From: Gammaproteobacteria bacterium
Lineage (GTDB): Bacteria; Pseudomonadota; Gammaproteobacteria; SZUA-229
Direction of reading: 5' to 3'
Length of the DNA: 64,000 nucleotides
NCBI GenBank assembly: GCA_013041745.1
Contig: JABDRN010000028.1
Coordinates: 59,028 to 123,027 of the forward strand
Part shown: positions 9,813 through 20,355 of the stretch, in pieces
Numbering within the stretch: the first letter of the stretch is position 1
Layout: each line of letters opens with the position of its first letter
Position numbers and translations under genes: made by a program
Notes under the pieces: model-generated
Seen by the model: the letters and a program-made list of their open reading frames with translations, nothing else
The model's database searches: none
What the model was told of the DNA's origin: nothing

Positions 9813-10269
9813 TCAGGTTTACCTGCATGACAATGACCTCATGATTTTGATACTGGCGTTGTTCGAGTATCGACCAGCCTAGTTTTAAATAAAAGCCGGT
9901 CTTATCTGGGGTATAAAGATATAGTCTGCCTATATGTGCTGCTTGCGCCTGTGCCATAACATGTAACACGAGTTTGCGCCCGATACCCTGTTTACGATAT
10001 TCGGGCCTGACGAAGACACTTGCTAGCCAGGGTTTTAACTGCGGCTCGGTTTTCATGTCCTGATCAACGATGGCAGCAGAGCCTAGCAGAACGTCATCTT
10101 TTGCGACGAAAGTACTTGGGATCAATTCATCACTAAGATGAGGTTGCATCCTTAATATCCTCGCAGTGAGATCTTCTCCAGGGTTCAGGTGAGACCACTC
10201 ATCCTGGTGCCATGAGGCTAATGTTGAAAGGTTTTCTGGTTCATCTTTCAAGTTGACTATTTTGATCAT
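9805..10269 (-). CDS. GNAT family N-acetyltransferase
   Basis: Acetyl-CoA binding motif QGIGRKLVLHVMAQAQ and the size fit the GNAT fold. Confidence 0.7.
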   Translation of the reverse strand: MIKIVNLKDEPENLSTLASWHQDEWSHLNPGEDLTARILRMQPHLSDELIPSTFVAKDDVLLGSAAIVDQDMKTEPQLKPWLASVFVRPEYRKQGIGRKLVLHVMAQAQAAHIGRLYLYTPDKTGFYLKLGWSILEQRQYQNHEVIVMQVNLNV

Positions 10270-10503
10270 AGCAGAATGGCACCATAGGTTATCGCGTGGT
10301 TATCGATAAATATACGCTAAAATTTTCTTGCTGATAAGTGCTGCTTTGCCTGATATTTTGTATTTTTTGCGGGAGATTGTTTATTTCAATAACAGGGCGC
10401 AAAGGCTGCTAAAACCGGCCCTTTTTGAGAGAGACTCTTTTAAATCTATAGAGGAAAACTCGATTTAATTTATTTTTTTCACTTTCGTTCATTATACGTT
10501 GCA

Positions 10504-10896
10504 CTACTCACTGATATCATCAATATCCTGGTAAACCTCATTTGTAAAACGAGGTGTGCAAATCGCCAGGAATACCAAATCCTCGCTGCCGACATTCGTG
10601 ATTCGCTGCCCACACATCGGCGGGATCAGCACGGTGTCGCCAGCTTTTACTTCTTGCGGTTCATGTTCATCAAGCTCGATAAGGCCCTTGCCAGAGATAA
10701 TGCTATAGCGTTCTGTGGTTCCAACTAGACGATGCCATCTCGTCGTTACGCCGGGTCTGACCCGTGCCCTGGCAATCGATACCTCGGGATCATAATCTGA
10801 ATTGGAGAGTTCAGTAATATAACATCGCTCTTCAGTGAAGTACTCTTCATCCGGCCTGTATTTTTTTATTAAAGGTTTCATCATGATAATTATCAA
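10504..10896 (-). CDS. Cupin-domain protein
   Basis: Cupin-like beta-barrel motifs (GVTTRWHRLVGTTERYSIISGKG...GDTVLIPP). The start may be a few codons downstream (MKPLIKK). Confidence 0.55.
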   Translation of the reverse strand: MIIIMMKPLIKKYRPDEEYFTEERCYITELSNSDYDPEVSIARARVRPGVTTRWHRLVGTTERYSIISGKGLIELDEHEPQEVKAGDTVLIPPMCGQRITNVGSEDLVFLAICTPRFTNEVYQDIDDISE

Positions 10897-11031
10897 GTAT
10901 TGAGAATATAAAAAGCGAAGATAAACGCATGCTGTTGGTTTTAGATAGTTATGTTGATTTACATCAAGACTCTATCACTATTCACTAATATACTACCGGG
11001 ACAAATTTAGAGGTGATTAAAATGAATATAT

Positions 11032-11163
11032 TTAGTGAATTATTCAATGACCTGACAGGATGGTTAACCGTTGGCATCATTCTTTTTATGCTGTTGATGA
11101 TGGCTTTTCTGTTCAGTATGTTTGTTAATAAATCAGCTGGCAGCGGTAAATAAAAAAGACTTA
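11032..11163 (+). CDS. Small (43 aa) single-TM membrane protein, not in the ORF track
   Basis: ATG preceded by a strong SD (AGAGGTGATTAAA-ATG). Translates to MNIFSELFNDLTGWLTVGIILFMLLMMAFLFSMFVNKSAGSGK*. Confidence 0.45.
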
Positions 11164-11559
11164 CCTGCTGGTTTGCGAATGGAATTCATAACTATACCAG
11201 TTGATATCAGCGCCGGTCAGTAATGGTAACGATATTAACGCTACCATACCAAATATCGCCATAATGATGGCACCAAGAAATGCGCTACCAAAGCCCTTGA
11301 CTTCAAAACCGGGTACCAGTACGGCGGAGAGCATTATCATCAATGCATTGATGACTAAAGCGAACAGGCCAAAGGTTAAAATTGATAGCGGCGCAGTCAA
11401 AAACCAGAGTATGGGGCGAATAAACGCATTGATCAGGCCTAGTACGACGGCGGCGAGGAGAAACGCGATGCTGTTATCAGCTTTTATTCCAGGTACGATT
11501 AGGGTGGCAAAGCCAAGGCCAACGGCAGTGCCCAGCCATGTGATAAGTAATTCGGTCAT
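11161..11559 (-). CDS. DUF360 / phage-holin-4-like small membrane protein
   Basis: About 130 aa, four hydrophobic helices, glycine-rich (GLGFATLIVPGIK...), typical of the YvlD/DUF360 family. Confidence 0.5.
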   Translation of the reverse strand: MTELLITWLGTAVGLGFATLIVPGIKADNSIAFLLAAVVLGLINAFIRPILWFLTAPLSILTFGLFALVINALMIMLSAVLVPGFEVKGFGSAFLGAIIMAIFGMVALISLPLLTGADINWYSYEFHSQTSR

Positions 11560-11617
11560 CGTCTTTTATTTTCGTCTAGTGTCTTGACTGTATGTAGTCA
11601 CAAGTCTTTTTTCACAA

Positions 11618-12175
11618 TTAATGTGAGAACGGATTCTGTGTCTTATCAACAGAAAATCCATCATCGATGCTCTCTTCCGTAGGATCAGTTTTATTCTTCT
11701 CATTCGATGTTTTAGCTTTTGCTGTACAGCATCCGGCGATCTCTTTTAGCGCAGTTACTTCATCGACCTGTGTAAATGCAAACGAACGTAAGTAAGGTTT
11801 ATAGCCGACGGCGTTATCTATAGTGAGCGATGTAGTCACACGGAGATACGATGTGCTGCCAGCATCGAGCAAGAGAGTGATCGGAGATAGCTCGCTATAG
11901 TCTCTATCTGCCTGAAATTCGAATGTGTGTTCTCCGGGCGCAAGGGATAAGCGTGAATTGATACCATTCCTGGCGTATAGTTTTAACTCACCATCAACGT
12001 TGATGCCCGGTGAATACAGAGCATTGCTCATCACTGGTGGACGATAGATATATATCAAAGCCTGGTTCTGATCAGCAGTTGCTGGTAAGAATACTGCCGT
12101 TTCCGTATATGTACTGCAAGCAGTACACAGAAAAATGCTAACTATAGAAATTATTTTTAAAAGTAATTTATTCAA
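11618..12175 (-). CDS. Lipoprotein (DUF2846-like)
   Basis: Lipobox ...FLCTAC|S; periplasmic beta-rich domain. Confidence 0.5.
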   Translation of the reverse strand: MNKLLLKIISIVSIFLCTACSTYTETAVFLPATADQNQALIYIYRPPVMSNALYSPGINVDGELKLYARNGINSRLSLAPGEHTFEFQADRDYSELSPITLLLDAGSTSYLRVTTSLTIDNAVGYKPYLRSFAFTQVDEVTALKEIAGCCTAKAKTSNEKNKTDPTEESIDDGFSVDKTQNPFSH

Positions 12176-13676
12176 AGCTTAATTTGTAGCCTGCATCATC
12201 TAGATAATCAACCTCTTTACTCAGATCTGCCAGGGTCATATTATGTTCATCGAGCCATCCCTCAGGAAAGCGTAGATGTATTTTTTTATTGCTTACCGTT
12301 AAATCGATTTCAGGTATCTGCTGGTCGGTTCTGCCGCGGTGTAGTAATACGGCTATGCGTAATATTACACACATCTGTTTTCCTGGCTTCACAAATGGTT
12401 TCATCAGCTGCTTGAAAGCATCGACTCTCAGCTTGCTACGGTGTGACAGGACAAGCGCAGCGAGCAATGCCTGCTCCTGGCGAGAAAAGCCTTGTAGGTC
12501 AGCATTTTGTAATATGTAGGCACCGTGCTTGTGGTAATTATTGTGAGATACCTGCAGGCCGATCTCGTGAAGCATAGATGCCCATTTTAGTAACGGCGCA
12601 AGCTGCTCGGTATCAATTGCCCACTGCTTACAGGCGGCATGGCACAGGGTTTGCACGGTATTGGTTATTCGCTGTGCCTGCTCGACATCGACACCCCAGC
12701 GAGACATAGCAGCTTCGACGGTAGCGTCTCTTACGTCCTGATGGGTTATCCGACCGACAAGATCATAGAGCAGACCTTCCCTCATGCTTTGATCTGAGAC
12801 CAGCATATGATCTATATTCAGAGTATTGAAAATTGCCAGTAAAACGGAGAGGCCGCCAGCAATAACGGGTCTGCGACTATCGCTTAGACCAGTGAGTTTT
12901 AGTTTATCGACATGTCCTGCATCGATGACTGTATCACGTAGTTTCAGCAGTGCTTTGTAACTGATGCCTTCAAGGCACCAGCCTTCCTGATGGACGATGT
13001 TTCCGATGGACTTTATAGTACCAGAGCAACCTATCGCCTCTTCCCATCTTCCTGCCTTGAAGTCAGGTGCCTGTGGAAACAGGGTCAGAGCTGCTTCAAG
13101 CTCTGCAGCGTTCATTGCCTGTTTGGTGATATTACCGTTATTAAAAAAACGTCTGCTAGAGCTGACGCAACCGGTATAGAGACTTTCCCTGCGCAACGGT
13201 GTCATGCCATGACCGATAATAAACTCTGTACTGCCACCACCGATATCGACAACCAGTCGCTTGCCCTCCTTGGTTGCCAGGCCATGCGCTACACCGAGAT
13301 AGATCAAGCGCGCTTCTTCACGGCCCTCTATGATTTCGATAGAATGATTTAATATATCTTCAGCCTTTTCAACGAATGAGCGTGAATTTTTTGCTACTCG
13401 CAAAGTGTTTGTGCCGGCAACGCGAATGGCTGAGTGCGGCAGGTCGCGTATGCGTTGAGAAAAAGTTTCGAGGCATTCAAATGCCCTCTTTTGAGCTGGC
13501 TCACTTATATTGCCTTTTTCATCGAGGCCGCCACCGAGGCGAACACTCTCCCGCAAGCGGTCGATTACCGACAATGTGCCGGATTCTTCAAGGCGGGCTA
13601 CAATCATATGGAAGCTGTTTGAGCCGAGGTCGATTGCCGCTACTATCTCCGGCAAGTTTTGTTTTATTGTGGACAT
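12168..13676 (-). CDS. Ppx/GppA family exopolyphosphatase / guanosine pentaphosphate phosphohydrolase
   Basis: N-terminal AAIDLGSNSFHMIVAR... actin-like ATPase motifs of Ppx/GppA; about 500 aa. Confidence 0.85.
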   Translation of the reverse strand: MSTIKQNLPEIVAAIDLGSNSFHMIVARLEESGTLSVIDRLRESVRLGGGLDEKGNISEPAQKRAFECLETFSQRIRDLPHSAIRVAGTNTLRVAKNSRSFVEKAEDILNHSIEIIEGREEARLIYLGVAHGLATKEGKRLVVDIGGGSTEFIIGHGMTPLRRESLYTGCVSSSRRFFNNGNITKQAMNAAELEAALTLFPQAPDFKAGRWEEAIGCSGTIKSIGNIVHQEGWCLEGISYKALLKLRDTVIDAGHVDKLKLTGLSDSRRPVIAGGLSVLLAIFNTLNIDHMLVSDQSMREGLLYDLVGRITHQDVRDATVEAAMSRWGVDVEQAQRITNTVQTLCHAACKQWAIDTEQLAPLLKWASMLHEIGLQVSHNNYHKHGAYILQNADLQGFSRQEQALLAALVLSHRSKLRVDAFKQLMKPFVKPGKQMCVILRIAVLLHRGRTDQQIPEIDLTVSNKKIHLRFPEGWLDEHNMTLADLSKEVDYLDDAGYKLSFE

Positions 13677-13747
13677 TTAATCTTTCTGTGAATTGCACCG
13701 TGCTAGCTTATATAATGACATCTTACAGTAAAAAATATTGAGTGTAA

Positions 13748-14917
13748 TTGATAATTCACGTGTGTATTACCGATACTAATTATTATTTAAACAAGCTAAA
13801 AGCGTTTGCTTTTATATCGTCATTTGCTTTATCGGTGACCGCCAATGCAGAGGCAGATATCGAGCCAGTAGAGCCAGAGGCAACAAAGTCTGAGCAGGTA
13901 AAAACGAGTAATGCTGTGCCAGAATCAGGCGAAGAAACGCCTGATCTCGAAACGACGATCGAAGAAGCCATCGAAGAATATGAAATCTATAAAAAACTTA
14001 ATCCAGAAAATCCATGCGACCGTGGACTTGACACATATAACTATGAGAAAAGCTGGTATGACGAAACCCAGGTATATGTAAACTCGGCCTTCTGTGAACC
14101 GGCACTATGGTTCGATAACTTTTTTGGCAGTGATCGTGTCTTCAATGAAGGTGCCGCGGGCACCTATATCCGCTGGCGGAATGATTTCACATATGATGAG
14201 GAAGATTACTTTGATTTTAAAACAAACCTGAGTTTCAGTATTGAGCTCCCCGGCCTGGAAAATCGTCTTCGATTGACTTTTGAAAGTGATGAAGATGAAG
14301 CACTGCGTGATATTGCACCGGGCCAGGAGTCGACGACCAATACACTGGGGTTGCAATTGGATGTCAAAGAAAATGATCGCTCGAAGTTTAATGTCAGCAT
14401 CAGCCTGAGTCCGAGGATCCGGTTTCGTTATCGCTATACCTATCCTGTAGCGAAGTCGATCACCTTACGTCTGACGCAGGAAGTGCAGCGTGAAAAAGCT
14501 GTCCACAGTGCACGTACCCTGTTCGATTTTGAAAAGCTTTTCAAGAACCAGCTGTTCTTTCGATCTTCGAGTGAAGGCAAGTTATCTGAAGAGTTTGATG
14601 GCGTCGACTGGCTGCAGGCGTTCGTACTGTATCAGCGGATAAACAAGAAAACATCGTTATCTTACGAGACCAGTGCAAACGGCATCACAGAACCTATGAC
14701 ACTGGCCACCAACTACCGGGTAGGCATTCGTTTCAGAAAAAACTTTCACCGCAAATGGCTGTTCTATGAGATAGCGCCTGAAGTAACCTGGCCGGTAACG
14801 CTTGATGAAGAGCGGCTGGAGGTGGCAGGGAACAGACGATCTAAATGGTTGATATTTTTCCGCCTGGAAGTTCATTTTGGTAACGCCTCCAAGAGGCGCT
14901 ATGAGGACTACTACTAG
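13748..14917 (+). CDS. Secreted or outer-membrane hypothetical protein with an acidic N-terminal region
   Basis: Signal-like segment KLKAFAFISSFALSVTANA, a beta-rich body and a C-terminal aromatic ...EDYY typical of OM barrels. Start uncertain. Confidence 0.45.
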   Translation: MIIHVCITDTNYYLNKLKAFAFISSFALSVTANAEADIEPVEPEATKSEQVKTSNAVPESGEETPDLETTIEEAIEEYEIYKKLNPENPCDRGLDTYNYEKSWYDETQVYVNSAFCEPALWFDNFFGSDRVFNEGAAGTYIRWRNDFTYDEEDYFDFKTNLSFSIELPGLENRLRLTFESDEDEALRDIAPGQESTTNTLGLQLDVKENDRSKFNVSISLSPRIRFRYRYTYPVAKSITLRLTQEVQREKAVHSARTLFDFEKLFKNQLFFRSSSEGKLSEEFDGVDWLQAFVLYQRINKKTSLSYETSANGITEPMTLATNYRVGIRFRKNFHRKWLFYEIAPEVTWPVTLDEERLEVAGNRRSKWLIFFRLEVHFGNASKRRYEDYY

Positions 14918-14942
14918 CCTATATGACCACGCTCGAGAGTCT

Positions 14943-17066
14943 TCAGGCTGGTAACGTTGCTGCCTGTACGCAACGCAGCACATGGTAGTCAAACATACCG
15001 TCCAGCGCGTCGTATACCGGTTTTAATTTTCTGCTGCCGTCATCGACGCTCAGCAGTGTTTCATGGATGATGCTGATGTCTCGCGGTTTGATATCGATAA
15101 CTTCTTCCAGGTTTAATTCTCCCTGTTCGATACAGTTTGCCAGGTGAGCGTAAACGGTTGTGGGTTTGATCTTACGTGTGTTGGCGATGGTGTCTATGTC
15201 CTGGCCGCTGCGAAACAGCATCAGGGTCTCATTGACCGTTTCTGAATTGCTGGTTTTAATTCCCTCCTGATGCTGCTGTATGACCTTGAGAAAAGCATCG
15301 GCATATTTTTTCAGCTTGGTCTCACCGACACCGCTTAGCCGCAGAAACTGAACATGATCCTGTGGCTGCCGTTGCATCATCTCGGAAAGGGTTGCATCAT
15401 GGAAGATAACGAATGGCGGAACATTGTTCTCATCGGCAAGTCTTTTTCTACAGTCGCGCAGTGCTTGCCACAAGGCGTAGTTTTCTGAATCATCATTAAC
15501 GAACGGTTTACGGCCTTTACCTGAGGCTCTAGCTGTCTTGCTCTCTTTGCGTAATAAGAGTGTCTGATCACCTCTTAGGATCGGGCGGCACTGTTCGGCC
15601 AGGAGAAGACTGCCATGGCCCTCGATATCGACCGCGAGCAGGTTACGACTGATCAGCTGACGGTAAATAGTACGCCACTGTCTGGCATCAAGCTCCTTGC
15701 CCAGGCCATAGATATTTAATGAATCATGACCAAATTGCTTGATACGCTCATTCGCCTTGCCGGTCAGCACGTCAACCAGGTAGTTGACGCCGAAACGTTG
15801 GCCGGTCCGGTGCACGCATGATAAGGCCTTTTGCGCTGCCAGGGTTGCATCCCATGTGTCGGCCGGTGACAGACAGTTATCACAGTTACCACAGGCATGA
15901 TCCAGCTTTTCACCAAAATACTCCAGTAGTGACTGGCGGCGACAGGTGGTTATCTCGGTAAAGCCAAGCATGGTTTCAAGTTTTTGCTGTTCTACACGTT
16001 TGTACTGTTCTGCAGCCGAAGAGGACGCCATCATCTGCCTGAGCGTGATCACATCCTGTAAGCCGTAGGCCATCCAGGCGTCCGCCGGCTGGCCATCTCT
16101 ACCTGCCCTACCGGTTTCCTGGTAATAGGCTTCCATGCTTTTAGGCAGGTTAAGGTGGGCAACAAAACGTACATCAGGCTTATCGATACCCATACCAAAA
16201 GCGATGGTGGCGACGATGATGATAGCGTCTTCGTTGAGAAAACGCTGCTGATTGGCCTGTCTTTCAGCTGGCGGCAGTCCTGCGTGGTATGGCAGGGCTG
16301 TTAAGCCTTTATCTGTCAACCATGCGGCAGTGTTCTCTACTTTCTTGCGCGACAGGCAATAGACTATACCTGAATCATTCTCGTGTTCGTTTTGAATAAA
16401 TCGTAGTAATGCGCTGCGTGCGTTACTCTGTGATTCAGTGATGCGATAACAGATATTGGGCCGGTCAAAACTGGAGATGAAGTCACGCGCATGCTCCAGT
16501 TGAAGTCGTTGTTTAATCTCTTTGCGGGTGGCCTGGTCGGCGGTCGCGGTCAGTGCTATCCGCGGTATCTCAGGAAACTGTTCATGCAGCAGTGACAGCC
16601 GTATATAGTCTGGCCGGAAGTCATGTCCCCATTGCGAGACACAGTGTGCTTCATCGATAGCAAAAAGTGAGATCCTTGTCTGTTTTAATAGCTCGATAAA
16701 GCCGTTCGTGTTGAGTCGCTCCGGGGCAACATACAGCATGTCAAGATCGCCATTAACCAGGTCAGTCTCCGTCTTCTGTGTTGTCTCGGCGTCCAGCGTA
16801 GAGTTTAGGAATGCTGCATTGATGCCCAGTTGCTGCAAAGCGATAACCTGGTCATGCATCAGCGCGATAAGTGGCGATATTATTATGCCGGTGCCACTAC
16901 GACATAATGAAGGAATCTGGTAACAGAGTGATTTTCCACCGCCGGTTGGCATTAGAACAACAGCATCATCACCCTTGATCAAGGTTTTTATTATCTCGCC
17001 CTGTTGCAGGCGAAACTCAGAATAGCCGAAGGTATGTTGCAGGTAGTCGAGAGCAGTATCTTCCAT
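14943..17066 (-). CDS. recQ: ATP-dependent DNA helicase RecQ
   Basis: [26 protein letters not shown]..., DEAH box ([17 protein letters not shown]), the Zn-binding Cys cluster, and RQC and HRDC regions. The start is placed at an internal Met matching the RecQ N-terminus; the ORF-track start at 17192 overlaps the upstream gene. Confidence 0.9.
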   Translation of the reverse strand: MEDTALDYLQHTFGYSEFRLQQGEIIKTLIKGDDAVVLMPTGGGKSLCYQIPSLCRSGTGIIISPLIALMHDQVIALQQLGINAAFLNSTLDAETTQKTETDLVNGDLDMLYVAPERLNTNGFIELLKQTRISLFAIDEAHCVSQWGHDFRPDYIRLSLLHEQFPEIPRIALTATADQATRKEIKQRLQLEHARDFISSFDRPNICYRITESQSNARSALLRFIQNEHENDSGIVYCLSRKKVENTAAWLTDKGLTALPYHAGLPPAERQANQQRFLNEDAIIIVATIAFGMGIDKPDVRFVAHLNLPKSMEAYYQETGRAGRDGQPADAWMAYGLQDVITLRQMMASSSAAEQYKRVEQQKLETMLGFTEITTCRRQSLLEYFGEKLDHACGNCDNCLSPADTWDATLAAQKALSCVHRTGQRFGVNYLVDVLTGKANERIKQFGHDSLNIYGLGKELDARQWRTIYRQLISRNLLAVDIEGHGSLLLAEQCRPILRGDQTLLLRKESKTARASGKGRKPFVNDDSENYALWQALRDCRKRLADENNVPPFVIFHDATLSEMMQRQPQDHVQFLRLSGVGETKLKKYADAFLKVIQQHQEGIKTSNSETVNETLMLFRSGQDIDTIANTRKIKPTTVYAHLANCIEQGELNLEEVIDIKPRDISIIHETLLSVDDGSRKLKPVYDALDGMFDYHVLRCVQAATLPA

Positions 17067-17133
17067 GACTGTTACTCCAATTATTAAGTGATATGTCAGG
17101 GTTGACCCCCATTCTACCATGGACCTCTCATGG

Positions 17134-18312
17134 TTAGGCTTCGTCAGGCAGCACGAATGAAGAGGCGCCTTCGATAGCTTCCTCCTCTTCACTTTCTTCG
17201 GCGATCAAGCTCAGGCCGCCGTGTGTATCACTACTATCGGAAGCTGTATCACCTTTTTCTGCAAGCTCGATCTTTAGACGTAAATTATTTTCTGCATCTG
17301 CATTTTTAAGTGCTTCTTCCAGGCTGATTTTTCCATCCTTATATAATTGATATAAGGCCATATCAAATGTCTGCATACCCATAGGTTCAGACTTTTCCAT
17401 GACTTCCTTGATCTCGAGGATTTCGCCTTCCTTTACAAGATCGGCGATACGTGGCGAGTTCAGCAGTATCTCGATGGCGGCACAGCGTTTACCATCCACA
17501 GTAGGGATAAGCCTCTGTGAAACAAATGCCTGCAGATTGATGGAAAGGTCACTCAGTAGAGACTGGCGTTTTTCTTCTGGAAAAAAATTAATGATACGGT
17601 CGAGTGCCTGATTGGCATTGTTTGCATGTAGCGTTGAGATTGCCAGGTGGCCCGTTTCAGCGAAAGCTAATGCGTGTTCCATGGTTTCACGGTCTCGGAT
17701 CTCGCCGATGAGTATGACATCAGGTGCCTGTCTCAGGGTGTTCTTTAGTGCATCTTCAAAACTGTCTGTATCCATACCGACTTCACGCTGGTTGATGATA
17801 CAGCCCTTGTGTTGATGAACGAACTCGATCGGATCTTCGATGGTGATGATATGCCCCTTGGAGTTGCTGTTACGGTGGTCGATCAGGGCGGCAAGCGAGG
17901 TGGATTTTCCTGAACCCGTTCCGCCGACAAATAGTATCAGTCCGCGTTTCAGCATGATGACCTTCTTTAATACGTCAGGCAGGCCAAGCTGTTTTATGTC
18001 TGGTATCTCGGTTACGATATTTCGTATCACCATCGAAACTTCGTTGCGTTGTTTGAATATATTGACACGAAAACGTCCAATATCAGGCAGTGATAATGCG
18101 AGGTTCATCTCGGGTTTATTCTTGAACTCGAGCTTCTGTTTGTCTGACATTAATTCATTGGCGAGGCTTTCTACCCAGCCAACGGGAGCAGGGTCTTTAC
18201 CGAGTGGTGTTAGCATACCGCTGAATTTTGCACTCGGACGTGCACCTGTGGAAAGATAAAGGTCAGAACCATCTTTTTCTGCGAGGACTTTTAAATAGGG
18301 GGCTACTTTCAT
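17134..18312 (-). CDS. PilT/PilU-family type IV pilus retraction ATPase with an acidic C-terminal tail
   Basis: Walker [10 protein letters not shown], PilT-family core, and a C-terminal E/D/S-rich extension. Confidence 0.8.
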   Translation of the reverse strand: MKVAPYLKVLAEKDGSDLYLSTGARPSAKFSGMLTPLGKDPAPVGWVESLANELMSDKQKLEFKNKPEMNLALSLPDIGRFRVNIFKQRNEVSMVIRNIVTEIPDIKQLGLPDVLKKVIMLKRGLILFVGGTGSGKSTSLAALIDHRNSNSKGHIITIEDPIEFVHQHKGCIINQREVGMDTDSFEDALKNTLRQAPDVILIGEIRDRETMEHALAFAETGHLAISTLHANNANQALDRIINFFPEEKRQSLLSDLSINLQAFVSQRLIPTVDGKRCAAIEILLNSPRIADLVKEGEILEIKEVMEKSEPMGMQTFDMALYQLYKDGKISLEEALKNADAENNLRLKIELAEKGDTASDSSDTHGGLSLIAEESEEEEAIEGASSFVLPDEA

Positions 18313-18410
18313 ACTTTTATGAGATAGATTTCGTTGATGTCGATAAAGTATATGGTGGATCGGAAATTAATCTATGAATCGGCAGGAAAGTTTTAAAATT
18401 TAAGATGAAC

Positions 18411-18440
18411 AGTAAAAAAGCCGCGATGAAATCGCGGCTT
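18411..18440. terminator. Bidirectional intrinsic terminator, downstream of the tusE-like gene
   Basis: A6, then AGCCGCGA-tgaaa-TCGCGGCT (8-bp stem), then T4. Confidence 0.65.
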
Positions 18441-18475
18441 TTCTGTAAGTAATACTTTAAAAAAAGATCTAGTGC

Positions 18476-18814
18476 TTAGCTACAGCCTTTAGGCCTAGGC
18501 AGACCAGCAATCTTGTTTGCGCACTTGATCAGACCTGTCGGGAATAAAGAATAAATATATTTTTGATCGCTACGATCTTTGCCATATTTTTTCTTCATGA
18601 TCTTTGAGAATGCGCGAGGTTCACAGACACTGCCGTTCTCCTGGAAATATTCACGTGCTTCGTTGATGATGTCCCAGTGTTCCTGAGTTAATCCATCAGT
18701 AATCTTTTCGTTTTTGGCGATTTCTTCTGCGAGCTCTTCGCTCCATTCATCGAGATTTTCTAACCAGCCAGCTTCGCTGAGCTGGATAATTTGACCGTTT
18801 ACTTCTGCTTGCAT
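18476..18814 (-). CDS. TusE/DsrC-family sulfur transfer protein (canonical, with both C-terminal Cys)
   Basis: C-terminus ...LFPTGLIKCANKIAGLPRPKGCS with a CysB...CysA(penultimate) arrangement. Confidence 0.8.
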   Translation of the reverse strand: MQAEVNGQIIQLSEAGWLENLDEWSEELAEEIAKNEKITDGLTQEHWDIINEAREYFQENGSVCEPRAFSKIMKKKYGKDRSDQKYIYSLFPTGLIKCANKIAGLPRPKGCS

Positions 18815-18956
18815 GGGATGTACCTGTAAATAATAAAAAATAATAACCTAGTAATTAGGTCAAGTATTATATAGAAAAACTACAGGATTATAAACACCAT
18901 AGTATATAAGGATTTAATTAAATTATATATTGTTGATTTTATTGGCAATATCTCAC

Positions 18957-19505
18957 TCAACGTACGAGCTGCTTGTTTACTTCATCACGTTTTTCCTTAC
19001 CTTCCAGCAGTTCTATCAGGGTGAGAGTGAAGTCCATCGCGGTTCCAGGGCCTCGAGAAGTCACGATTTTTCCATCGACTTCGACTGCGTTCTGGGTGAT
19101 TTTTATTGCCTCATTGTCGGCTGCCTGTAATGCTCCAGGGTAGCTGGTAGCTGTCTTTCCATCCAGTATGCCGGCTTTTGCCAGTGCTTTTGGCGCAGCG
19201 CAGATCGCAGCGAGATATTTATTATCTTCTGCGTGCTTTTTTAATAATAGCTGCAGCTGATCGTTATCACGCAGGTGGTCGGCGCCTGGCAGGCCACCCG
19301 GTAAGACGATGAGGTCGTAGCTTTCATCCATCACCTTGTCGATACTGGTATCGGGGATGATCGTTATTCCCCTGGACGCTTTTACCGGCATCTCATCGAG
19401 GCCACAGGTGGTGACCGAGACTCCAGCGCGGACTAACAGGTCTGTGATGGTGATAGCTTCGAGCTCTTCACAGCCTTGAGCAAGCGGCACTAGTACATGC
19501 GACAT
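18957..19505 (-). CDS. DJ-1/PfpI (YajL/ThiJ-like) family protein
   Basis: Nucleophile-elbow motif AAICAAP and overall DJ-1 fold signature. Confidence 0.75.
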   Translation of the reverse strand: MSHVLVPLAQGCEELEAITITDLLVRAGVSVTTCGLDEMPVKASRGITIIPDTSIDKVMDESYDLIVLPGGLPGADHLRDNDQLQLLLKKHAEDNKYLAAICAAPKALAKAGILDGKTATSYPGALQAADNEAIKITQNAVEVDGKIVTSRGPGTAMDFTLTLIELLEGKEKRDEVNKQLVR

Positions 19506-20322
19506 GTCGATTCTCCGGGTGATTGTTCTTTCTTTGATTAGCAGTGCGAACCAGTTCTGAGACCGGTATCAGTTTGATGTCATGCTGGTTTAATTCGTTC
19601 AGATGAGCCTTTAAAAACTTAATGGTCTGTGGATAAGGGTGAGCGATAGCCAGGGCGTACCCGCGCTGATTTACTTTCTTGATGAACAGGTCAAATTGCT
19701 GGCGTAATGTGCCGATATTATGGTCCGGGTCAAGAAAAAAATCACGTGACAGTACCGGGACATTGTTTTCAATGGCAATTTTATCGGCGATCGATTTGCT
19801 GGTTGTTTTACTGTCGATAAAATACAGGCCGCCCATACGTGATAGTTCATCCATCAGCCAGGCCATATGTCCGGGGTGCCTGGTCAACAGGCTGCCCATG
19901 TGGTTATTCACGCCTCGCACATAAGGTACAGAGTTCAGGTTTAAACGTAGCTCTTCTCTGAATTCGTTCCTGGTCATGTGAAGGTCGAGTGTGCCGGGCG
20001 AATGCTGATGATGTTCGACGGACTGCATTGGCAGGTGCAACATGACTTCTTTATTTTTTTTAGCGGCCAGCCTGGCAAGCTTTTTGGCATAGGTCGTCTT
20101 TGGCAGTATAGCGATGGTCAATGTCGCCGGCAGGTTGATAACATCGCGGCCATATTCAAGGTTATTGCCGACATCATCTATTATTATGCTGGCGAATTTG
20201 TCAGCCTGTAGTGGTGGTAGATGGAAAACAAAAAGGAGCAACGCGAAAGCTATCAATCGCCGTTGTTTTCTCACCGATACCCTGTAAGTATGGATTAGTT
20301 TTAAAAATGAGTCGTCTAACAT
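19468..20322 (-). CDS. YibQ-like divergent polysaccharide deacetylase
   Basis: Signal/TM N-terminus; position immediately downstream of envC-ctp as in enterobacteria. Overlap with the DJ-1 gene start suggests the true start is downstream. Confidence 0.55.
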   Translation of the reverse strand: MLDDSFLKLIHTYRVSVRKQRRLIAFALLLFVFHLPPLQADKFASIIIDDVGNNLEYGRDVINLPATLTIAILPKTTYAKKLARLAAKKNKEVMLHLPMQSVEHHQHSPGTLDLHMTRNEFREELRLNLNSVPYVRGVNNHMGSLLTRHPGHMAWLMDELSRMGGLYFIDSKTTSKSIADKIAIENNVPVLSRDFFLDPDHNIGTLRQQFDLFIKKVNQRGYALAIAHPYPQTIKFLKAHLNELNQHDIKLIPVSELVRTANQRKNNHPENRHVACTSAACSRL

Positions 20323-20355
20323 CCATGTTAAATATAGCCGGTAAAATCGTATTGA

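Noticed and set aside
10394-10426. Hairpin plus T5 resembling a terminator in the GNAT-cupin intergenic region
   Set aside because: Only a 5-bp stem with a 19-nt loop; no upstream plus-strand gene and the wrong orientation for the flanking minus-strand genes. Probably not functional.
11201-11587. 128-aa plus-strand ORF
   Set aside because: Exactly antisense to the DUF360 membrane protein gene, which has the clearer hydrophobic helices and a more gene-like translation.
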